NCBI RefSeq assembly: GCF_006345805.1
Contig: NC_043000.1
Span: 45,694,001 to 45,758,000 of the forward strand
From: Octopus sinensis
Lineage: Eukaryota
Direction: 5' to 3'
Length of the DNA stretch: 64,000 bases
Under the pieces are notes generated by a model. That model was given only the letters and a program-made list of their open reading frames with translations. It did no database searches and was not told where the DNA came from. The translations under genes were made by a program, and so were the position numbers. Of the stretch, positions 50,416 through 64,000 are shown piece after piece. How positions within the stretch are numbered: position 1 is the stretch's first letter; each line of letters starts with the position of its first letter.

Positions 50416-52639
50416 TGTATGTATGTATGTATGTATGTATGTATATGTCAATGCATTTGTGTTTGTGTGTTGGTGTGTTTGCACGTGTGTATGTTGGGGG
50501 TATCTATCATAATATCTATCATAATTATTATAAATACCATTTTGAAATTTATTTCAATAGATATTAAAAAGTATAAAAATTTAGATGGTAATGCTTTCTG
50601 GGGAGAAAACATATTTCAAACAATTGACATATCTCTTTGCTTCATAAAATGAATTTTAATGACTTTTCAATCAAATTAAATGAAATAGATTCTGTTGAAT
50701 GAAAAATGATATTACTGACACTAAAAAATTTGATTTACAAGCTGTACATAAAAGTGCCAGCTTTTCAAGAGCGAAATAGCTTAATAGAATGTTTTTATCT
50801 CTTCCGTAGATCATACAAGAAGAAATTTTATATAGCAATTTGAATATCAAAGTTTTGTTTTAAGTTTAAAAACACTAAAATCATACTTCACTGAATTAAA
50901 AAAAAAAAGAAAAAAATTTAAAAAAATTCTTTTGATGAGAATATTTAATTGTTTGTCAAAATAGTCAATATTCATCAAGGAGATGCAGACAGTAAGATAA
51001 TGTTTCTTAATATGCTGAATGAGTTGCTATTAGTAAAGGAGTTTGCATGAAGATAAGCAGATACAGAGATTATTATGCAAAGATAATAATATCAAGTCTT
51101 CACATTTTATCTGAGATGTTTTTCGTGCTGTTTTTATTCTTCTTCATGTTATAGTATACTTCTGACTAGTAAATTTGAAATGGCATGATTGTTAAAATTA
51201 CTGATGTATATCAGAAAACCAAATTAGAGTCAGTTTACTCTCTTAGAATCAATATCTAACATAATAATTTGGTTTTATATAACTTTTTCTGAAATTTTTC
51301 ATATTTTTCAAGAAAGTTTATGTTGGTTGTAATTCTTTCTGTTTTGACTAATGCTTCAGTAGCAGCATAAGAATAAATTTTACCTGTGTGAGTGTGTGTC
51401 TCTGTGTACGTGCGTGTGTGTGTGTGCGCACTTGCATGTGTGTGTGTGTTAAATTATTCTAATGTACTTAACCTGAATTCAATTTTTAATGTTCATCATC
51501 TAAGTAGATTTATTCTAGAAAATTTAATCGTGGAGATAAGTTTTATCTTTCCTGAAATCTCTCATATTAACAAGGAATTTAACTAATAGTAAGTTACTTC
51601 AACATATATGTGCTTTTGTAACGGAATATATTTTACAGTGTTTAGGAACATTAGATATTTTGAAATTACTTTTGCCAAGTCCATGTGTGCATCAGAAGTT
51701 GTCAATATTACATTGGTGAAACTACATTTCTCACTTTCCAATTCATAAGACTGGTTTGTTTTTCAAAACTGGAAATAAATCAGCTGAATGAGTAAAGCCT
51801 TTGGGAAAAAATACCTTATAGTATTTGCTTATAGAACTTTATGATCTGAGTTAAAATGCACCCTGTCTTTTCTTCTTTTACCCATCAACTAAGCATACTG
51901 GATGCAGTCACAAGTTTGATATGATTACTTGAAACTTCAAAGTAGGCCTGGTACTTATTCTATAATGCGAAGATATTTTACTAAACTCTTCCTTATTTTC
52001 AAAATCAATTGAAACAAAACCTCTGTATCATCATCATCATCATCATCATCGTTTAGTGTCCACTTTCCATGCTGGCATGGGTTGGACGGTGCAACAGGGG
52101 TCTGGAAAGCCAGAAGGCTGCATCAGGCCCAGTCTGATCTGGCAATGTTTCTATGGCTGGATGCCCTTCCTAACGCCAACCACTCCATGAGTGTAGTGGG
52201 TGCCTTTTTATGTGCCACCGGCACGGATATCGGTAGAAATATGTTAACGAAAGTGTTAAGTACCAACATATATCTTTGGTAAATTTTAAATGATGCTTAT
52301 AGTAAGCTTTATCATATGTACCTATATACATCTCTAGATATGATAGAAAATTTCTTTTATATTTTACAATCATCACTGACAGCACCGAAATCTCAGATTT
52401 TTAATGGAACTGTCTGGATTATGTACACATGTGGCGGTTTCATTTCTTTTTTCTGGCATGCATTTTACAGTTAAGTTTTTACAGGCTTAAAATCAATGAA
52501 ACTTAACTGCATAAAGCATTGATTACAAACAGTCATAGCAAAGGATATTTTTCAATAACTATATTACTATTGACTTTAAAGTTTCATTTGCCATCAGCCT
52601 TCTAAGTCTATTGAAATGGATAACCAGCTCAAACTGAAA

Positions 52640-52812
52640 TTTTCTTTTACTTGTTTCAGTCATTTGACTGCGGCCATGCTGGGGCACTACCTTTAGTTGA
52701 GCAAATTGGTCCCAAGACTTATTCTTTGTAGGCCTGGTACTTATTCTATTGGTCTGCTTTTGCTGAACCTCTAAGTTACGGGGATGTAAACACAGCAGCG
52801 TCGGCTGTTTGC
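52640..52812 (-). mobile_element. SINE tail (46985 family)
   Basis: Collinear with 54010-54180. Confidence 0.82.
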
Positions 52813-53605
52813 TGTGTTTGAGAAGACATGTTCCACTAAATAACATCAAGGCCATAAATGCATGTTGTTTAAGTCCATGTCTTTTTATACAAGCAGCCTC
52901 TGATAAAGCTCCCACTCATGACCTATCTTCCTAACACCTCCCCCTTCCCTTCAGACGGGGTCCTCCCACACCACATTCTCTGTCCCTCAATCTCCCTTTC
53001 TCTCCCTTTGCAAACTTACTAACCTACCTGCACACAATGTGCCCCCAATTAATCTCTTTCGTACCACATATCTTTCTATCATCCCCTCCTACCATTTGTC
53101 CACTCCTTAAATTCCCTCTCCTCCACCTCTCACACCCCTTTTGCAGTCTTGTCACCTTACCCACCCTACAAAGTATTTGGTTCCACTTCACTTATATCAC
53201 CTTGATGTAACTTGCGTGTAATCCCACCATCACAACTTCCCCGACTTCTCTCTCTCTCTCTCCAACTGAGGTAGCCATACATGGCTACCTCCTTTACCAC
53301 AAGACACTAATTTATGACCCACTATTCATACTCTAGCCTCTTATCAAGTAGCACGAAGCCACCTCCCACAACAACTGTTCCTCACACAGCTGTTGAAGTT
53401 GGGTGGTCTTTTTGTGCTAATTACAGGATAACCTCACTGCTGATGGTGCCACATAAAAAGAACTCAGTACTTTCTGAAAAGTGGTTGGTATTAAGAAGGA
53501 CATTCAGTTGTAGAAATCATGCCAAAGCAGACAGTACAGTCTTTTGCTTCTGTAAAAACCATTCAACTCATGGCAGAATGGAAAATAGATGTTGCTGATG
53601 TTGAT

Positions 53606-53644
<39 letters not shown>

Positions 53645-53990
53645 TTTGAAAGCATCTAGAAGAAGTTGCTTCTTTCTACTCACCAAGGTGAATGGAGCTG
53701 TGGCCAGGAGGAACTGATGTCATGAAACTGTATCCAACGATCATCATCTATTTTGAACCTGAACTATAATACCCTCCAATAGGTGAGGAGCTACAGCTAG
53801 CCAAGTCACTGCTCCTCATCTCATTCTTGCTTCCAGAAGTACTCATCTTTCTTGCTCCATAATCAGCAAGAGGCTCTTTATACTGCCAATCATCAGATTT
53901 GTAAGCTCCTGTCAAACTCTCCAACTCATGCCAGCATGGGAAATAGATATTGATGGTGATGATGATGATATATATATATATATATATAGT

Positions 53991-54199
53991 ACTCTTTTAC
54001 TCTCTTTTTACTCTTTTACTTGTTTCAGTCATTTGACTGCGGCCATGCTGGAGCACTGCCTTTTAATCGAGCAACTCGACCCCGGGACTTATTCATTGTA
54101 AGCCCAGTACTTATTCTATCAGTCTCTTTTTGCTGAACCGCTAAGTGACGGGGACATAAACACACCAGCATCGGTTGTCAAGTAATGCTAGGGGGACAA

Positions 54200-54230
<31 letters not shown>

Positions 54231-54384
54231 CACATATACGATGGGCTTCTTTCAGTTTCCATCAACCAAATCCACTCACAAGGCTTTGGTGGGCCCGAGA
54301 CTATAGTAGAAGACACTTGCCCAAGATACCACACTGGGAATGAACCCGGAACCATGTGGTTGGTAAACAAGCTACTTACCACAA
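53991..54384 (-). mobile_element. Near full-length young SINE (46985 family)
   Basis: Collinear with 46985-47390; CpG-rich. Confidence 0.92.
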
Positions 54385-54499
54385 CCTTCTATGTCAATAA
54401 ACTGCTATGTTCTTGAAAGTTATTCTTTATATCTTATACAGACTGGTTGAAGCTTACTAACTTCCTACACCTCGATCCTTGGATGTTACCTTTACATAT

Positions 54500-54550
<51 letters not shown>

Positions 54551-55591
54551 TGTATATGATAAGCTACTTTCATGTTCCATCTACCAGATCCTCTTGCAAG
54601 GCTCTGGTGTTCCTGGAGCTTTAAAAGAAGAGATACACCCAAAGTGTCAAACACTGAAACTGACATCACATGATTGGTAAGCAAACTTCTTACCAAACAC
54701 CAAAGCCCATGTATCTATTGATAGTATAAGAATATCTACTTAACAGTACAGGCTTGATAGCTAGCATTTATTTACACAAGCATGACTCCTCATCTACGTG
54801 TATATATGTATTTTTATGTCAGGGTGGACCAATTTGCTCAACTAAAGGTGGTGCCCGAGCATCTGCCTGACTGCGTTTTATTGCAGTAAACTTGATGAGT
54901 TCTCTTTACAGAGCTCTGAGTCTTTCATTTCCACAGTGCATGGCATACCGATATTAATTTCAGATAAGCACATCACTTTTACAAAAGAAAAAATGTAATA
55001 ACTGTAGAAGCAGTGTGTGTGTATGTGTGTGTGTGTGTGTGTGTGTGCGCATGAGTGTATGTGTGTCTGTATGTATGTGTACATGAGTGCTTGCATGTGT
55101 GTGGGTGTACATAATAGTGTGAGAAAATATATTAATTATAGATCTAAAGTATTAGAAAGAAAATATTTAATTTTTATGCCTTTTATGCAATGCAACATCA
55201 ATATGATGTAACAGAGAGAGAATGTATTTTTACGATAGTTCAAAATCCTTTTGATTGCTTATTAATTCACTTTGTTGTATTATACACAATCAAATATTCC
55301 TATTGGGCTGGAGAAAGAATTTCTTTATAATAATAATTGTTTGTTTATTTCTTATACTTTATTTTTAAGTCTTTTAAATTTTAAATCAAGCCTGGAATTA
55401 TTAATGAGTAATTACTTTTTGATATATAGCTTGACTATTGTCTTATTTTTAGTTTGTGGTACTTCTACATCATATTTTCAAATTCTGATGACTGCATTGC
55501 AGTGTAACACTAACAGATACTATTTACTCTAAATGCACTGTACTAGTTAAGGAAATGAAATGACTCTTCTGTTTCACACTTAGGTAGTAAG

Positions 55592-55936
55592 CACGTTTCT
55601 TTGGGAACTAGACAACAGTTGCTGCAGCTCGGCTGAGATGTGTTTACCCCACCCTCCATATTCACCAGATACTGCTCCTTCGGATTTCCTCTTATTCAGG
55701 TCTCTGCAGAATAGTCTTAATGATAAAAATTTCTATTCCTTGGATAACCTAAAAAGATACCTCGATGAATTCTTTGTCGTGAAACCACCTCAATTCTGGG
55801 AAGAAGGTACTTTGAAGATGGAGACACATTGTGCAGCAAAATGGTTCATATTTGGTTGATTAAATATGTAATGACAAGTATTTATTGACCTTTTTCTTTC
55901 CTTTAAAACTCGGCACGAACTTTCCAGACAACCCAA
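55592..55936 (+). mobile_element. 3' half of a mariner, same family as 9700-10265
   Basis: HVSLGTRQ...PHPPYSPDTAPSDF...; right TIR GGCACGAACTTTCCAGACAACCCAA. Confidence 0.92.
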
Positions 55937-57861
55937 AATAATCAGCTTGTGTTATATTTGTTTTTGAATTTCAATATTTCCAAATTATATAGTTGAACTT
56001 CTACCAATATTGATTCTGACACTTGTTTGCCCAGGTCAGGCAAATAATTGCCAATAACATACGAGACTTGATTCAATCAAGGATACATCACTGCTTACAC
56101 TTGTGCCACTCTCAAAAGTTTATGTCACGCACTCATATGATATTAATGTACCTATGGTTCTTTGAATGAACAACTAGGTATATCTTTCTGGTCCCAGGCC
56201 TGGATCAAGTTTAAATAGTTCATACACTGTTTCCAAAGATGTTGAAGACTGCTTCAATTCTGTATTTTTCTGCTTCATATTCACACTGATGTTAAGCTGC
56301 TGAAGCAAATGTACCACTCTTACATACATTTTTACATAAAGGACAGAATCATATGAATTGGCATTCATTTGCAAGTACTATATACTGTTCTTAAACCAGA
56401 TAATGAACTTACTAGCCATGTAAACATCATCATTTTAATATCTACTTTTCCATGCTTGTATGTGTTCGATGGAATATGCCACACACACACACACACATTT
56501 TCCATAGCCAGATGACCTTCCTTCAGCCAATTCTTACCTGTTTCTTATAAAGGTAGTATTTTTCCCAGGACTGGAGATGTTTTCACAGAAGACAAGAAAT
56601 GGGTAATATTACTTGTATGATAGTGATGCTCATTTATAGCTATCATGTAATGTCAACACAAAGAGATAAGAAACACTCAGAAAAACAAACACATGCATAC
56701 ATGCATATACGTGCACACACACAAATGCATGCATAAACATGTTTCTTTCAGTTTCTATCAACCAAATACACTCACATAGCTTTAGTCAGCATAGATTTAT
56801 AGCAGACAATATTTATTCAAGTGTTGCGCAGAGATATTGAACCCAAAACCACACAGTTGTGAAGCAAGCTTTTATATTTGCACAAATAAATACTTATAAT
56901 CACATCTCCACATAATAATACTGAAGGACACTTGACATTTTATTTTTTGAAAACTCATATTGAAACTAAGCTGAACAAGAGGAGACACAGGGAGGGAAGA
57001 GTCACTGAGGAGGTCACAAATGTGTGATGAAAGATTTCTAGACAATGGACATGCAGTAAAATAAGAACAATAATAAATAAGTGAAGAATGAATATATAAT
57101 GTATGTGTTTAGTTGGCATAAAAAAAAAAACATAATTGAAACAATTTTCTTTCTTTTGTTACCCCAGTCTCCCCAGATGTTATTAACAATAAAACTTATA
57201 TTTATTCACAGCTGAAATCTGCAAATCGATTCTTCTTCTAATTTATACTCACCTTCCCAAACTTCTGTAAATAACAATCCTTCATATTTAACAGCTGTTC
57301 TTTTGAGCTGTCTTGAAAATTTACTGCAAATCATTATGTCAAAGTTTCAATCTGACTCAGATAAAAAGTCTTATTTTCATTTATCATTTAAGAAAAAAAC
57401 TAAAATATGACAAATTTTACAGACTGACCAGTAAGACTATTGCCATTTTGGTTTATTAATGATCTTTCTATGAATGAGTTTGCAATAAAGAACCAACGAT
57501 TATTTTATAAAATTGTTTTCGTTTAATGACTTTGAATGAATTAGCCAATATTTTGAATAAAAAGCTCAATGTCACTAAACTTTCTTGATTTTTAAAATTT
57601 ATTCTTCTTAAATAGTTTAGAGAAAAACTTTTGATTTATCTGAGGAGGAGTTTGACATGGTTATGCAATTTGCCAGATCCATTCAAGCAAATCCAGCCCA
57701 TGGCAGTATGGAAAACAGAGGTTAAATGTTGATGACAAAGATGATAATAATGATAATAATGATGACAATGATGATAACGATGATGATAATGATGAGAAGA
57801 TAATATTTTAGAGGTTGTTATGATGATTTTCTTTATGTGGTATACATAAATTCTACATGGT

Positions 57862-58580
57862 GATAAGACGTTGGCCCTGAATGCAGAGAAGGTTAGTAAG
57901 GAATGTGGATAGTATGCTCTGCTGGATGTGTAATATGAGTGTACATGTTCAACAGAGTGTTAGTGTTTTGAGAGAGGAGCTAGGTATAAGAGGAATCACT
58001 TATATGCAAGAAAGAAGACTACACTGGTTTGGTCATGTGATGCGGATGGATGCTGACAGCTCCCCAAGGAAGTGCCAATCTCTCAAAGTAGATGGAACAT
58101 GTGGAAGTGGGAGATTCAAGAAGACATGGGGTGACGTATTGAAGAATGACCTCAGGATGTTGAACCTTTCAGTTGAGATAAGAAAGAACTGAGATGCTTC
58201 GTACTCAAGAAAACTTGTACTCTGCAGCAGAAGTGTTAAGACTGGTCTCTCTGGTGGTGAAAAGCACTTGTAGTGGTGCCGCATAAAAGTACCATTGCAG
58301 TGTCACATAAAAGCACCTGTGTGTGCAGTGTCACACAAAAGTGCATGTGTGGTACTTCATCAGAGCACCCATGCAGCACCACATGAAAGTGCCCGTGCAG
58401 TGCCATATAAAAGCACCCAGCATGCTCTGTAAAGTGGTTGGCATTTGAAAGGACATTCAGCTGTAGAAGCCATGCCAAATCAGACTGAAGTCTGGTGTAG
58501 CTCCCCAGCTTGCCAGCTCTGGTCAAGCTGTCCAACCCATGCCAGCATGGACAACAGATGTTAAATGATGATAATGACGA
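57862..58580 (+). mobile_element. RTE-clade LINE 3' end with repeat-containing 3' UTR
   Basis: QERRLHWFGHVMRMD...GSGRFKKTWGDVLKNDL (ORF 57881-58192), ~24-bp degenerate repeats, and (GAT/GAC)n tail. Confidence 0.85.
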
Positions 58581-59065
58581 CGACGATGATGTTCTGTCAG
58601 AATATATTTTTCAATGGAGTCTTTCAGTCATTTGTCATCTGATCATGTTAGAAGACTTCTAATTGAGTGCTTTGATACTTTTCTTATGTTGCTTGCTGAG
58701 AAACTGACAAAGAAATGATAGGCTACTTCCTGTGACTATAGGTCACTGTTTTGGGGGCTTTTCTACTCCTTTCCAATTTCTAATCCTACGCAATTTCTAT
58801 GGTTAATAACCCTATTTCGTGATTTTCATAGATATCATCATATACGATTTGGTTTCTTTCAGTTTCCCTACAATTATTGTAAAACTGTTTTCTTCATTTG
58901 GAAGTAAAGGATCTTTTTGGAAGTTTGGCAGAAACCATCAAGCCTAAAGAAAGATAGAATCCTTTCACTGAATCTTTATTATAAAAAATGCACAAAGAAA
59001 AATCATAATAAATTTTTAAAACAGAAATGTTAGCAATCATTATTTAATATATTAAAAAAAGGAGT

Positions 59066-59409
59066 AAATGGTAAAAATTCCCTTTGGTCATGAATGACCA
59101 TGGGATTGCACCTAGAAAGTTCCCCTCCAAGGCATAAGTCGAGGCAGGGTTATTTATGGAAGACCAGCAGTTGCCTATGCATACCAACCTTCCCTCTCCA
59201 CACCACCAATGTTATCCAAGGGAAAGGCAAAGGCCAATACAGCTCAACACCAGTGATACCACAACTCATTTCTACAGCTGAGTGAACTGGAGCAACATGA
59301 AATGAAGTGCCTTGCTCAAGAACACAATACACAGCCCAGACCAGGAATCGAACTCACTACCACATGATCTTGAGCCTGATGCTCTAACCACTGAGCCATG
59401 TGCCTTCAC
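59066..59409 (-). mobile_element. tRNA-derived CORE-like SINE with alternative tail
   Basis: Head aligns to 3380-3525; the 3' part differs. Confidence 0.82.
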
Positions 59410-62140
59410 ATAAGCAAATTATAATGCTTTCTACTTTAGGCACAAGGCCAGCAGTTTGAGGAGAGGATATGGGACAGTGCCAATGATTTCCAGTGTGTTA
59501 CTGGTATTTTATTTTATTGACTGTTGAAGAATGACAGGCAAAGTTGACTTCAGCAGGATTTGAATATAAAGGGCTAGAACAAATACTGTAAAGCATTTTT
59601 CCAATCTATAAGTAAATTATAATTATTAATAGTTCCTTTTATATTTCTTATTAAAAATGAAATTATTTGCTCAGTGTTCATCATTTTTGAGTAGCATATG
59701 TGCATTTATGGATAAAGTAAATTAAACTATAATAAAATACCTTTAAATATAAAATTTTGTCATACAGAACTAATAACTTATTCCATAATTTAATAAAATA
59801 ATATTTTCTTTTTTTATAAGAAATAAAAGATTAGCTGTAGAAAAGAGATTAAGTATGCGTATTTTATAGAGATAAATAATATTTCTTCTTTAACATAATG
59901 ATGACATTCTATCTGCACAGTCTCCAGCTCCTACATTTTAAGCACAAAACCCTATTTGCAGAACCATCCAATTAATAATAGAAGAGAATAAAACCCAACA
60001 AATATAAATCTAAAGAAAGAAAACAAATGTGAATTGATTTCCAAATTTCCCTTATCTAGAATATGATAGATTTTGTCTTAGCATTCAATTTACATGAAAT
60101 AATACATAGTCAGAGACACATTCTTAATATTAATATGAGTTGAGATTTATTCTTTATTAGAAAAGTTGAATTGCTTGCTGTCCATTTAATCCTGACCAAA
60201 TTTCCTGATCAGTCAAAGAATAGCAAATATTTCCTATTTGTGGGTTAATAGCGGAAACAATATAAAGCAAAATTATTTGGCATTATCCTATAATATTTTT
60301 CAGACATCGATATATCATTGCCCAGAGAAAGTTTCTCAGATGTATTAAAATAGTTTACATACTTACCTTGATAAATATTTTTAACTGAATAATTCATGAA
60401 TGTAAATGTATTTTAACTGTTTTATTATATTTATTGTATGTTTTTGCCAAAGTTTTCTCTTACATTTATCTGGTCAAAAATCGTGTATGACTAAAATTGA
60501 TTCGCTGTTAAACTTTTAACAGAAGCAGCAATACTGAAATCAACTATTATGCTTGATACTCAGGTCAGAAATAAATAAATGTGTCTTAGTAATAGTAAAA
60601 TATTACTCAAATAAAAGGCCCTCTATCATTGTAATAGATATTGATAAATAGCTATAAAATTGATCAATAATCTAAATAATGATCTTGTACTCAAATAGTA
60701 TTTTCCTACCCAACAAAAAAACTGCTGTTTAGCCCCCACATAATGGAAAAGAAGCTATGATCAAAACTGTTTCAGTTATGAACACCATGTTCTTTTTAGC
60801 CATAGTCTATGTATTACTAGTGTAATAGTAGATTATTACATTATCAAATAAATACTTCTTTCATAAGATGATGGTATGTATTTTGAGGAAGATTTGACTG
60901 TGATTTCTAGCGTTTTAAATAAATCCTTTAGATTTAGATATGCTGAACAATAGAAAGTAGATATTTCAAATTTTTAAGCTCATCTTTAAAGATGTTGAAT
61001 AAGATTTTCAAATTATTTGTGTTTACATGTAAATGACATAGTTCTCATAAATAAAATCTGTAGAAACATTTGGGAAGAGATTCCAAATGAGGCAGTAAAA
61101 CCTACAAAGTCAAAATAACTGGCTAGCAAGAAAGAAGACAAGAGTCTTTGGCAAATTGGGAGAATGTAATCTATACTTAATGTTTACTATAGGGACACAA
61201 GAGGTTTGGTGAAAATTCACACAGGCTGATTTGCAAGAAGGAATTCTTATGAATCTGAAACACTAGAGTAGTTATCAGTAAGAGCACCCATAAAATAATA
61301 CAGTATTTAATTTTAAAGGAATATATATAATCAATTTTTTATTCATACATCACAATTTGAAAGGCAGCAGACTGCTGATGGTCTGTATTGACAAAATCAA
61401 TTCAACAATGTTACCAAAATGAAATACATTTATGTACTGTAAGAGAATTTCAATGTTTTAGACAGGACCCAGCTCTTTGTCAGATAGTGGAATCCAGTGT
61501 AATGATACTGAATACTATAAGACATGTAAATAAATTTTTATGAATGATGTATCTTTTATGTGAAACCATTTATAAATAATAGCTCAATAGTAGATTAAAG
61601 TATCTAATTTGGATTGATGGGAGTTGGAAATTACTTTAATGTAATGGTATTATGAATACTGTATTGGTTGCAGTAGATGTATGTTCCGAACCCCACAGGT
61701 AGCTTCCTGCCTTTTTTTCTATCCCATTACACTAAAGTAGTTTCTGACTTTCATCCATCAAAATTAGATGGTTTAATCTCACAAGAAAGAGACATAAGAC
61801 ATTTAGTCAAGGACTTGATCTTTGCTAATCCATCATCTCCACTTTTATCAATAATACATTTAGAAAAATAAAACGAAATTTCAGCATTTTTTATTTTCCC
61901 CAAATTCTGAAAATAGTTTACATTTCATGCTTACAGGAACCACACTCTACAAGTTATGTTTAATCCTTTAGTATTCAGATAACTCTGTCAAATGTAATCA
62001 TTATTTATTCACATTGTTTTGAATTAATCATGCATTATGTCTTAACTTTGAGATTTTGATGATGCAATTGTTTATTATTAGAATGACATTGATGTATAGG
62101 TGTGAGAGGTTGGATATGGCTGGTTTGAACATAAAACAAC

Positions 62141-62538
62141 TTTACTCTTTTACTCTTTCACGTGTTTCAGACATTTGACTGTGGCCATGCTGGAGCACTG
62201 CCTTTAGTCGAAGAAATCAACACCAAGACTTATTCTTTGTAAGCCTAATACTTATTCTATCAGTCTCTTTTGCTGAACTGCTAAGTTTCAGGGACATAAA
62301 CACACCAACATCAGATGGTGGATGAGGGACAAACACAAACTTAAACACACACTCACATAAATATATATACATATATATATATACACAAAGGGCTTCTTTC
62401 AGTTTCCATCTGCCAAATGCATTCACAAGGCTTTGGTTGGCCTGAGGTTTCAGTAGAAGGTGCAATGCAATGGGACTGAACCAGAAACCATGGGGTTGGG
62501 AAGCAAACTTTTTAGCACAGAACCACACATCTGCCTGT
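62141..62538 (-). mobile_element. Near full-length SINE (46985 family)
   Basis: Collinear with 53991-54384. Confidence 0.88.
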
Positions 62539-62659
62539 ATATTTAGGCCAGATATGTCTAGTTAAAATGCTAATGGGTTAAATATAGAAAGATGGGTAGA
62601 CAAAAGGTGATATTCTAAATGTAATAGCAGGACTAAATTGTATTTATTGCAGCAATATT

Positions 62660-62860
62660 GGTTTCAAATTTTGGTGCAAGGCCTGCAAATCTGAGGAAGA
62701 GGTGAGTCAATTATAGGGAAAACAGTATGCAACTGGTACTTATTTTATCAACCCTGAAAGGAGAAAAAGCAAAGTCAACTGCAGCAAATTTTGACCTCAG
62801 ACCATAAGATGTTGGGAAGCAGGTTCCCTGTGTGGCAACAATTCAGCCAGCTTGCTGCCA
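62660..62860 (-). mobile_element. Degenerate SINE (45448 family); another copy at about 59440-59600
   Basis: AACTGGTACTTATTTTATCAACCCTGAAAGG core. Confidence 0.7.
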
Positions 62861-64000
62861 TAATTATGGATGCAAAATTGACAAGAAATATTTGCTCTCA
62901 CAGCAATAGAAAAACCAAGTAATGAGTAAACAAATTTTTTGATTTGTTGTTTATAGAATTTATTAATTTGGTTTCTTACTGTACTTTGTTGTTCAAAAAC
63001 TCTTGAATTTAATAAAAATTCTCTTAAAAATTTGAATTAAACACCATTATATGATTGAATCATGTGATTCACATCACTTTCAGTTACAGAGATCTATCAC
63101 AGTAAAACAATAAGGACAGAAAACGGTTGAGACTAGGTTGACACAGGAATTTTATGCTTTCCACGATAAAAATATGAAATGAATTGCGCATAATCACCAT
63201 CACCATCATTTATGTCTGTTTTCCATGCTAGTATGGGCTAGATTGCTTGACCAGAGCTGGCAAGCTGGAGAGTTGCACCAGGGTCCAGCCTGGTTTGCTT
63301 GGTTTCTATGATTGGATGCCCTTTCTAATGCCAAGTACTTTATAAAGTGCGCTGAGTACTTTATACACTGCACATGCATGTGTGCTTTTTACGTGGTCTG
63401 GCACACCTGCTTTTACATGAACTAGCATGAGGGAATTTGCAAGGCAAAAAACCTTTTCAGCCACAAGAAGAATATTAATAATTCTACTGTAATGGCCAAG
63501 TGTTATTGAGTATAGCAAGGCACCAAATATTTCACTCCTTTGTAATCTCCTTTGTAAGGCTCCAATGTCCTGAGATTGGCAACAGAAATCATTTGTAAAA
63601 TATCTGAGGATATTTTAGAGAAAGAAAGCGAATAATTCTCACAATATTTGACACTTACTGAAGTGTCAAAATTTAAGCCAAAATACAGCAGAAATTTTGG
63701 TATTTTGCTCTCTCAAGGAACTGAAATTTTTTCACATTCACTGCTAATTTTGAGAAACCAAGTCTACAAACTGGTTAAAATAAAAAAAAATAATAAGTTG
63801 GACAAATAATGCAAAATTTCAAATTTGTAAGCGGTATGATATCAGAGAAATTTATAACATTTCACACTAACAAAATGGAACATTATTGATTCCCCAAAAA
63901 GTAGCTAATAAAATATTCAACATGTGTGAAAGAAAGAAAGATTTTTTCAAGATATTTGCTACTTACTGAAAATGGCTGAAATTTTGCATTTGCAAGAGGA

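Noticed and set aside
57002-57045. CTGAGGA...TCACA/TGTGA...GAAAG as a hammerhead
   Set aside because: Stem I does not pair next to the core, stem II has a bulged base, and there is no palindromic helix III; likely chance.
61677-61906. Protein-like frames on both strands (ORF 61677-61871 and minus NLGKIKNAEI...)
   Set aside because: Mirror frames are open on both strands, the splice signals are only moderate, and no domain is recognisable.
63647-63670. GTAAGT donor inside the perfect 10-bp inverted repeat TTTGACACTT-ACTG-AAGTGTCAAA
   Set aside because: The upstream candidate exon has stops in all frames; the palindrome more likely belongs to an unclassified DNA-transposon end.

Overview
AT-rich, microsatellite-saturated eukaryotic non-coding DNA. 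The SINE and LINE families look like those of a coleoid cephalopod, most likely Octopus (recognised from memory, not searched). No host protein-coding exon could be assigned with confidence; most ORF-track entries are translated microsatellites or transposon remnants. The window is a mosaic of tRNA-derived SINEs, RTE, Tx1/L1 and R4/Dong-like LINE remnants, mariner/maT DNA transposons and MITEs, Helentron-like fragments and Penelope-like termini. Two signals stand out. (1) Eight type I hammerhead-ribozyme motifs lie in Penelope-like or retrozyme-like units next to (TA)n tracts. Three have intact catalytic cores with palindromic helix III (1932-1979, 32609-32698, 46517-46577), and two have a U3:A8 core in place of C3:G8 (33545-33587, 45395-45443). 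(2) A 15-kb hotspot at 12.7-27.4 kb holds five R4/Dong-like LINE copies and four copies of a ~560-bp non-coding element, most bordered by (TAA)n-type tracts. It also contains a 5'-inverted RTE with twin-priming geometry and two unusual LINE-LINE junctions.
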